Source: Ignavibacteriota bacterium
GTDB lineage: Bacteria > Bacteroidota > Ignavibacteria > Kapaibacteriales > UBA2268
Reading direction: 5' to 3'
Length of the DNA: 64,000 nt
NCBI GenBank assembly: GCA_016219595.1
Contig: JACRLY010000069.1
Coordinates: forward strand, 158 to 64,157
Numbering within the stretch: the first letter of the stretch is position 1; every line of letters starts with the position of its first letter. Below, piece after piece: positions 58,055 to 64,000 of the stretch. The position numbers and the translations under genes are program-made. The notes beneath the pieces are model-generated. The model was given only the letters and a program-made list of their open reading frames with translations. It was not told where the DNA came from and made no database searches.

Positions 58055-59836
58055 ATGTTTATAATAAATAAATATTTAGATTATAATAGTATGAAAATCA
58101 ATACAAAAATGAGATTTAAAAATAAAATAAATAACAGCATTTCACTTTGCATATTTCTTATTTTGTTTATAACATTTGAATTACATTCGCAAAATTTTCA
58201 ACTAAGTAAATTCGAGCATATTTTTAACGGTGATTTCAGTTTCGGTAATACCGGTTTTTTTACTGATTATGAATATTCACCCTCGGATATGACTTATGAT
58301 GGACAGTACATAGTTACATCAAATCCAAGTTATATTTATCCTGACCTGGCATCTTGTTTCGACCATACTCCTGGTCCTGATAGTTTGATGTTGGTGATAA
58401 ATGGTGCTTCTGATCGCATAAGAACCTGGATTTGTTGGGAGGATTCTATATATAATATTCTTCCTAATACTGATTATTTGTTTTCATTTTGGGGACAAAG
58501 TAGTGCTGTTAGGACTCCTGCGAATATTGAAATTCGGATTAATGGACTATCGCTACCGCAAATGCTGAATCTATCAAGTGTTTTATGTAGATGGGATAAT
58601 TTTCAATACGTTTGGAATTCTGGTTCAAACAGTTCTGTTGTTATTACTATACTTGATACTAATACAGAGGCAAGCGGAAATGACTTTGATATTGACGATA
58701 TCTCATTACGTGCAATTTGTAATGTTCAGGCAGATGCAGGTCAGGATGAAGTAATATGTGAGGGGCAAACGATACAGATTGGAGGTTCGACAAAAAAAGG
58801 ATTCCCACCGTATCAATATTTGTGGGAACCTGCTGCAGGACTTAATAATCCCAATATCGCAAATCCAACTGTCAATATAAATACATCTTCGACTTTTAAT
58901 TTAACAGTTACAGAGAGTCTCGGATGCGTTTCATACGATACGGTAGAAGTAACTGTGATTCCATTTCCACAAAATAAATTAACAACCGATAAACCGACTA
59001 CTATTTGTCCCTGTGACAGTGTAAGACTTATTGCTCCCCTTGGAGATTCCTATTTATGGTCTACGGGTGAAACTACGCAGTCAATATCGGTCAGGCAATC
59101 AGGTACATACAGTGTAAGAGTCAACAATCAAAATCTATGCTATTTAGATCTCGATACTGTGGTGGCAGTTGTAAATAATCAGACAACTGTTCAACTCGAT
59201 ACAGTATATGGCGAGGTAGGCGATTATATTGTGATACCATTTCATATAGTTTCTCCTGTTGACGCTTTATGTGCACTAGGGCAATTCGATGCAGAGATTA
59301 GATTTAATAAATCCATCCTGGTTCCCACTGGAAGTACCCCTTTTGGCATAGTAAACGGAGATGAAGAGATAATTAATATCAGTGATACAGCCAGTGGAAA
59401 ATTTCTGCAAAATTTAGAATTTATAGCAACTTTAGGCAATACTGAATGTACGGATATTAAATTATCGGTATTTCGCTGGTCCTGTAATTTAATACAGGTT
59501 GACTCTATTTACGGTAGATTTTGCTTAAAGAATTTATGCAGGGAACCGATTGTCAGGTTATTTGATGATAACGGGACATTATTCCTGAAACAAGTAAGAC
59601 CTAATCCGGCTTCCGATAAATTTAAAATCGATTTCGGTACAATAGAGGATGGTGTTACAACAATCGAAATTTATAATTTCTTCGGTGAAAAGGTTACTGA
59701 ATTATTTAGTAAATCACTTATGCACGGCCAATATACTTATGAATTTGACATCAGCTATATTGAGCCCGGAGCTTATATTATGAAAATGCAGACTCCGAAT
59801 AACTTGTTATACAGAAATATTACAATTATCAGGTAA
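58055..59836 (+). CDS. Secreted protein with Ig-like/Cys-rich repeats and T9SS C-terminal sorting domain
   Basis: It has a signal/TM near the N-terminus. The C-terminus (IEIYNFFGEKVTELF...GAYIMKMQTPNNLLYRNITIIR) matches the T9SS CTD pattern. Confidence 0.65.
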   Translation: MFIINKYLDYNSMKINTKMRFKNKINNSISLCIFLILFITFELHSQNFQLSKFEHIFNGDFSFGNTGFFTDYEYSPSDMTYDGQYIVTSNPSYIYPDLASCFDHTPGPDSLMLVINGASDRIRTWICWEDSIYNILPNTDYLFSFWGQSSAVRTPANIEIRINGLSLPQMLNLSSVLCRWDNFQYVWNSGSNSSVVITILDTNTEASGNDFDIDDISLRAICNVQADAGQDEVICEGQTIQIGGSTKKGFPPYQYLWEPAAGLNNPNIANPTVNINTSSTFNLTVTESLGCVSYDTVEVTVIPFPQNKLTTDKPTTICPCDSVRLIAPLGDSYLWSTGETTQSISVRQSGTYSVRVNNQNLCYLDLDTVVAVVNNQTTVQLDTVYGEVGDYIVIPFHIVSPVDALCALGQFDAEIRFNKSILVPTGSTPFGIVNGDEEIINISDTASGKFLQNLEFIATLGNTECTDIKLSVFRWSCNLIQVDSIYGRFCLKNLCREPIVRLFDDNGTLFLKQVRPNPASDKFKIDFGTIEDGVTTIEIYNFFGEKVTELFSKSLMHGQYTYEFDISYIEPGAYIMKMQTPNNLLYRNITIIR

Positions 59837-59844
59837 TATTCTGC

Positions 59845-60669
59845 TTAATTGAATTTTATAGCCCTTATTTTATCACCGCTTTTTATATTTAGTGTTTGTG
59901 CGGCATTACCGTTCCTGATTCCAATTTCTATAAATCCGAAACTTCCGTTGTAAGCTAGTAATTCTCCGGATTTAGCACAGGAATATGTTTTTTTCAAACC
60001 TTTAATAATATGGTTCTCAATCTCAAATCTCCAGCCCTCGGATTTGAATGAGTCCTCCTCACTGTTATTAAATATTGCACCGATTTCTTTTGATTGGAGA
60101 GAAGTAATAATATTACCAAATGAATCATAATATACAACTTCACCTAACCATGTGTGGAGAGCTTCTTTTTGGAAAAGCGGGGGAGGGATAGTAATAATAT
60201 CTTTAAGATTTATCTTTTTCCCGAAATTTATTATATCAGTTCCGTTTGCCAGGTGGGCTGCTACGGGGGCATACACATCTCTTCCATGAAAAGTAAAGCT
60301 TACATCACTAAGGAAATAATTGCTGTTATTCAATTCATAAATCTCACACTCATCGTCACAAATGATATAACTAAGTAAACCATTATCCGGTGCAATGAAA
60401 TATTTTTTGGATGTTTTCAATATTAATGATTTCCTTTCACTGCCCACTCCCGGGTCAACTACACAAACAAATATCGTATCAGGTGCAAAATATTGAATTG
60501 TATTTCTAAGTATGAATGCAGCTTGCTTAATGTTTTGTGGCAGTATATCATGTGTAAGGTCAACCAAATGTGCTTCATTGCAAACAGAATTAATCACACC
60601 TTTTACAACTCCCGAATAAATATCAGATTCTCCAAAATCAGATAACAATACGATAAGAGGATTTTTCAT
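59845..60669 (-). CDS. SAM hydroxide adenosyltransferase / SAM hydrolase family (DUF62) protein
   Basis: IVLLSDFGESDIYSGVVKGVI...VVDPGVGS...FHGRDVYAP. Confidence 0.75.
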   Translation of the reverse strand: MKNPLIVLLSDFGESDIYSGVVKGVINSVCNEAHLVDLTHDILPQNIKQAAFILRNTIQYFAPDTIFVCVVDPGVGSERKSLILKTSKKYFIAPDNGLLSYIICDDECEIYELNNSNYFLSDVSFTFHGRDVYAPVAAHLANGTDIINFGKKINLKDIITIPPPLFQKEALHTWLGEVVYYDSFGNIITSLQSKEIGAIFNNSEEDSFKSEGWRFEIENHIIKGLKKTYSCAKSGELLAYNGSFGFIEIGIRNGNAAQTLNIKSGDKIRAIKFN

Positions 60670-60695
60670 GACTTACCTCATATAATTATTTTTTT

Positions 60696-61325
60696 CTATT
60701 TTACTGTTTTAATTACTTTCCCTTTTTTATTAATCTCAAACCAGCAACTGTCTTTTTTTACCCTTGCTTTTCCTTTTTCAAAATCATAAGCTATATTATA
60801 AACAGGCTCAATAACAATCTCACCTTTTTTGTCAATATAACCCCATTTGCCGCCTTTGTAAAAATCATATTCACCTATGTATTCCTTTTTGCATCCGTCA
60901 CAAAATGCAGCTAATCCTCCCGAGAAACGGGAATAATAACTGTAATTATTTTGTATGACTATTTCAGCTTTTTGATTGAAGAAACCAAATTTACCATCTT
61001 TTTCAAATCTTGCTAAACCGTCGCAGAATTCATCAGGAAAATTATCCCAATGACAAGGTCTTATCAATACATTTCCTTTAATATCAATATAAGCCCATCC
61101 GCTGTCATCAGCAACGGCAGCTATTCCATAATTCGAAAATTTTTCAGCCATTCTGTACCTGGCAGGTAAAACAATTTTACCTTTTTTGTCCTTATAACCC
61201 ATGTAATCGCCATCTTCAAATGGTATCAACTTCACTTTTGAATATGAGTATTCAAAGCTAATCAAAATCAATATGAGTATTAGGACATTAATTTTCATAT
61301 CTATTTGTGAATTATTAATTGTCAA
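60696..61325 (-). CDS. WG-containing (KWG) repeat protein
   Basis: Repeated units: GYKDKKGKIVLP, WAYIDIKGNVLI, KFGFFNQKAEIVI and KWGYIDKKGEIVIEP. Confidence 0.7.
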   Translation of the reverse strand: MTINNSQIDMKINVLILILILISFEYSYSKVKLIPFEDGDYMGYKDKKGKIVLPARYRMAEKFSNYGIAAVADDSGWAYIDIKGNVLIRPCHWDNFPDEFCDGLARFEKDGKFGFFNQKAEIVIQNNYSYYSRFSGGLAAFCDGCKKEYIGEYDFYKGGKWGYIDKKGEIVIEPVYNIAYDFEKGKARVKKDSCWFEINKKGKVIKTVK

Positions 61326-62051
61326 TTAAATCAATCCTTTCTGTGCGAAACTTGAAAACGTATCTCCTGCTATAATAATATGGTCAAGTACTTTTATATC
61401 AATAATTTTTCCTGCTTCAACTAACTGTTTTGTAATTAAAATATCTTCTTTAGACGGCTCTGAGTTTCCAGATGGATGATTGTGAATTAATATAATCCCG
61501 GCGGCACTTTCTGTAATTGCAAAACGAAAAACTTCTCTAGGGTGGACAATACTACTGTTTAAAGTTCCTTTTGCCACTTCCTCTTCGCGAAAAATTTGAT
61601 TGGAAGAATTAAGTAATAATGTTAAAAAAGTTTCAACTCTTTCACCATGGAACCTTGGGATATAGTATTGAGCCACATCTTCAGGAGTTCTGAAAATCTT
61701 TCTACTGGAATAAGGTTCTGCTTTGATTCTTTTGGCTATTTCGAATGCGGCAGATAATGTAACCGCTTTTGCAGATCCTACACCTTTTATTTTTTTTAAT
61801 TCGCTTAAATCACAAGACACAATGTTTGTGATAGAGGTATATTTATCCAATAATTCGCGTGAGACATCGATAGCAGAATAACCTTTAGTACCTGATGAAA
61901 TTAATATTGCCAATAATTCAGCATCCGACAGGCTAACGCCTCCATGCCTAATTAACCTTTCACGAGGTCTCTCATCTTCTTTCCAGTTACGTATGGATTT
62001 GTAAGTGATTTTTGTCGCCGTATTGTCAATATTATCAATTTCCTTCCTCAT
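61326..62051 (-). CDS. radC: RadC-family JAB/MPN domain protein
   Basis: ELLAILISSGTKG...LKKIKGVGSAKA...HNHPSGNSEPSKED. Confidence 0.85.
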   Translation of the reverse strand: MRKEIDNIDNTATKITYKSIRNWKEDERPRERLIRHGGVSLSDAELLAILISSGTKGYSAIDVSRELLDKYTSITNIVSCDLSELKKIKGVGSAKAVTLSAAFEIAKRIKAEPYSSRKIFRTPEDVAQYYIPRFHGERVETFLTLLLNSSNQIFREEEVAKGTLNSSIVHPREVFRFAITESAAGIILIHNHPSGNSEPSKEDILITKQLVEAGKIIDIKVLDHIIIAGDTFSSFAQKGLI

Positions 62052-62091
62052 AACAATTTTTAGTCTTGATGAGACATGGAAAATTATGTCT

Positions 62092-62418
62092 CTACATTAT
62101 GCATTGCATAATCCATTGCATAAATGACTCGGAAGATTTATCTATATTTAAAGAAATTATTTCCGGTACATCGTCTGAATGCATTTGTTTGACTCTTTCT
62201 TCCAGCTCTGGAAGCCGCTTTTCTGTTGTTTTAATCATAATCATATATTCGTTTCTTTCATGAATTGTACCCTCCCAACCGAATATTGAGGTTACATTCT
62301 GAATAATAGAACAGCAAGCAGCGAGCTTTTCTGTTACAAGGATTTTTGAAATTTGCCTTGCATTTTCGAAATTTGCCGTTGTTACAAATACAATTCGGAG
62401 TTCGTTTGTTTTTTCCAT
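62092..62418 (-). CDS. cutA: CutA1 divalent-cation tolerance protein
   Basis: VFVTTANFENARQISKILVTEKLAACCSI...SIFGWEGTI...EYMIMIKT. Confidence 0.8.
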   Translation of the reverse strand: MEKTNELRIVFVTTANFENARQISKILVTEKLAACCSIIQNVTSIFGWEGTIHERNEYMIMIKTTEKRLPELEERVKQMHSDDVPEIISLNIDKSSESFMQWIMQCIM

Positions 62419-62475
62419 AATTTTTTCCTGTATTTGTAGGAATACTAAATTTATATAGAATAATTTAATAAATTT

Positions 62476-62748
62476 ATGATAGAAATACTAATTTTTCATT
62501 TACATCTTGTGGCGGCTTTGTATGCTTTCACAAAAAATTGGCAAAAAAGAAAAATCCGGGATGCGATTTTAGCATTATTGATTATCGGGTTATTTTTCAC
62601 CATCGGATGGGCTTTAACAAGCCCAATGTCGAGGATTATGCCTAAAGATTGGGAAACAATTTGGTTTACAAGGGATACTTTATCGCTTGTTTTACTTGCT
62701 TTACCTGAATCTGTATTCTTTTATTTCTTTTTTATAAAAGACAGGTAA
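62476..62748 (+). CDS. Small membrane protein
   Basis: Three hydrophobic helices. Confidence 0.45.
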   Translation: MIEILIFHLHLVAALYAFTKNWQKRKIRDAILALLIIGLFFTIGWALTSPMSRIMPKDWETIWFTRDTLSLVLLALPESVFFYFFFIKDR

Positions 62749-62804
62749 TATTTTTTTAATATTAAAAAGCAGGGATTTAAAATTTTAAACCCCTGCAATT
62801 TATT

Positions 62805-64000
62805 TTATTCGATAATAATATTTTCACTCAATAGTTTACCATCTATTTTTAAAGAAAGAATGTAAATGCCCGGTGAAAGATTTTGTCCATACTGATTTTT
62901 GCATTTCCAATTTAGTATTTGCAATCCCTCCTGTAAAATCCCATTATATAACTGAACAATATGGTTACCTTTGATATCATATATTTCAGCCTCGATTTTA
63001 GCTGTTGAATTTAATGAAAAACTAATATCTATATTCTTACCGGAAGGGCTTGGATTAGGAATTATCTTTAACTGATACTCATTTCTTAATTCCTTATCAT
63101 CAACACCTGTATATTTTATCGTGGAATCATAGCTTTCTGAAACAATTGTTTCAATCCAGCATGTGTAACCGCTTGCAGTTGACAATTGTTGAAGGTATGT
63201 ATATCCGAGTGTGTCTTTGAGATTGACATAAGGGTTCCTTAATCCACCTGAATCTCTCTGATTCAAATCATCTTTGAAATATAATCCTTTTGCTGTACCG
63301 ACATCACTGACACCTGTCACAGTAATCCAATGTCCTCCATGCCTGGTGCCTGTATTATCATAGAAACCAAACTCAAGTTCAACATCTTCACTATCTTTCA
63401 TTTCCTGTACAAGCCAGTCCCATTTCGCAGATTTATTTGCCGAATCATTTTTATTGCTCGCCTTATGCCCGAAATCAGGATTTGGTGAATTTATGTCATT
63501 AGTGCCAAATTTGAATCCCTGGAATTTTACTTTAATCGGCAATTTATATTTATCTATAAATGCAAGCTTGGCTTTTATAAAATCTTCACGCATAACACCA
63601 TCATTATTAGCCCTGTTCATCAAAGCACTAAGTTCTTTTAACTTTTCTCTATGAGTATTTTTGGGGTCAAGCGATGGATTAGTATTTGCCAGCCACTCAA
63701 GACTATTTGCGGCTGCAGCTGGACCACATGCATTTTTATCACCGGCATATCCGGGCACAGTCCCGGGATTATTCCTAGTCGAATCAAGATCTATATTCGG
63801 AACCTCACATCCCCTGTATACCCATGTTTTTAAGTCCCATCCTTCAAATCCCGGCATTGAGGTTAATATTGTCGGCAGAGTTGTCAAATTCGTATCAGCG
63901 CTTCCGTTTCCAATAATAATATTTGTTATCCCCAATTTTATATCAACAGAATTCTTGATTGTGTCTTTTTTAGTAATAGGCGTATCGGTAACTGTATATG
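62805..64000 (-). CDS. Putative papain-fold cysteine peptidase with T9SS C-terminal sorting domain, partial (N-terminus beyond window end)
   Basis: The frame stays open upstream of the listed TTG start all the way to position 64000. NACGPAAAANSLEWL (Cys) and GGHWITVTGV (His) suggest a Cys-His dyad. The C-terminus (AEIYDIKGNHIVQLY...LSPGIYILSLKIDGKLLSENIIIE) matches the T9SS CTD pattern. Confidence 0.55.
   Translation of the reverse strand, partial: YTVTDTPITKKDTIKNSVDIKLGITNIIIGNGSADTNLTTLPTILTSMPGFEGWDLKTWVYRGCEVPNIDLDSTRNNPGTVPGYAGDKNACGPAAAANSLEWLANTNPSLDPKNTHREKLKELSALMNRANNDGVMREDFIKAKLAFIDKYKLPIKVKFQGFKFGTNDINSPNPDFGHKASNKNDSANKSAKWDWLVQEMKDSEDVELEFGFYDNTGTRHGGHWITVTGVSDVGTAKGLYFKDDLNQRDSGGLRNPYVNLKDTLGYTYLQQLSTASGYTCWIETIVSESYDSTIKYTGVDDKELRNEYQLKIIPNPSPSGKNIDISFSLNSTAKIEAEIYDIKGNHIVQLYNGILQEGLQILNWKCKNQYGQNLSPGIYILSLKIDGKLLSENIIIE

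Overview
AT-rich bacterial chromosomal segment. T9SS C-terminal sorting domains, SBBP repeats, BlaR1-TonB fusions and large multiheme cytochromes suggest Ignavibacteriota/Bacteroidota (FCB group); this is inference only. Layout: (i) 1-1556, a partial secreted SBBP-repeat protein. (ii) About 1.7-9.8 kb, a visibly more GC-rich plasmid-like integrated element, all on the minus strand. It carries an ArdC-like antirestriction protein, a truncated N6-MTase-like gene, an RHH protein, a replication-relaxation-like protein, a zinc-ribbon membrane protein, a coiled-coil protein, a TraD/HerA-like P-loop ATPase and a degenerate DnaG/Toprim-like protein. It also holds a 241-nt G-free iteron tract and a roughly 200-nt structured intergenic element. 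No integrase or relaxase is recognisable. (iii) 10.1-18.2 kb, a very AT-rich, tightly packed Liv-type ABC importer operon. A B12-binding radical SAM gene and a degenerate sigma54-type AAA+ gene sit between the binding-protein and permease genes; this is the best candidate for an undescribed system. (iv) 18.7-21.5 kb, a second replication-relaxation-like paralog, a pentapeptide-repeat membrane protein and a 47-nt tRNA-Arg(ACG) 3' fragment that looks like an att scar. (v) An ECF sigma/anti-sigma pair. (vi) 24.3-31.7 kb, a cytochrome cluster with 13-heme, cyt b + NapC-like and 19-heme + cyt b (CbcL-like) proteins. (vii) A BlaI/BlaR1-TonB/TonB-dependent receptor module. (viii) Next to tRNA-Leu(TAA), a small islet with an internally deleted C1 peptidase, an internally deleted patatin and a frameshifted HepT beside MntA. 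(ix) A low-complexity aromatic/Ser-rich lipoprotein coupled to a FadL-like OMP. (x) Housekeeping genes: ribE, rnr with an in-frame stop, GAF-degenerate GGDEF, nudix, ndk, sucD, radC and cutA, plus T9SS cargo proteins. Several genes are interrupted, either at homopolymer runs or by internal deletions. No CRISPR array or rRNA was seen.
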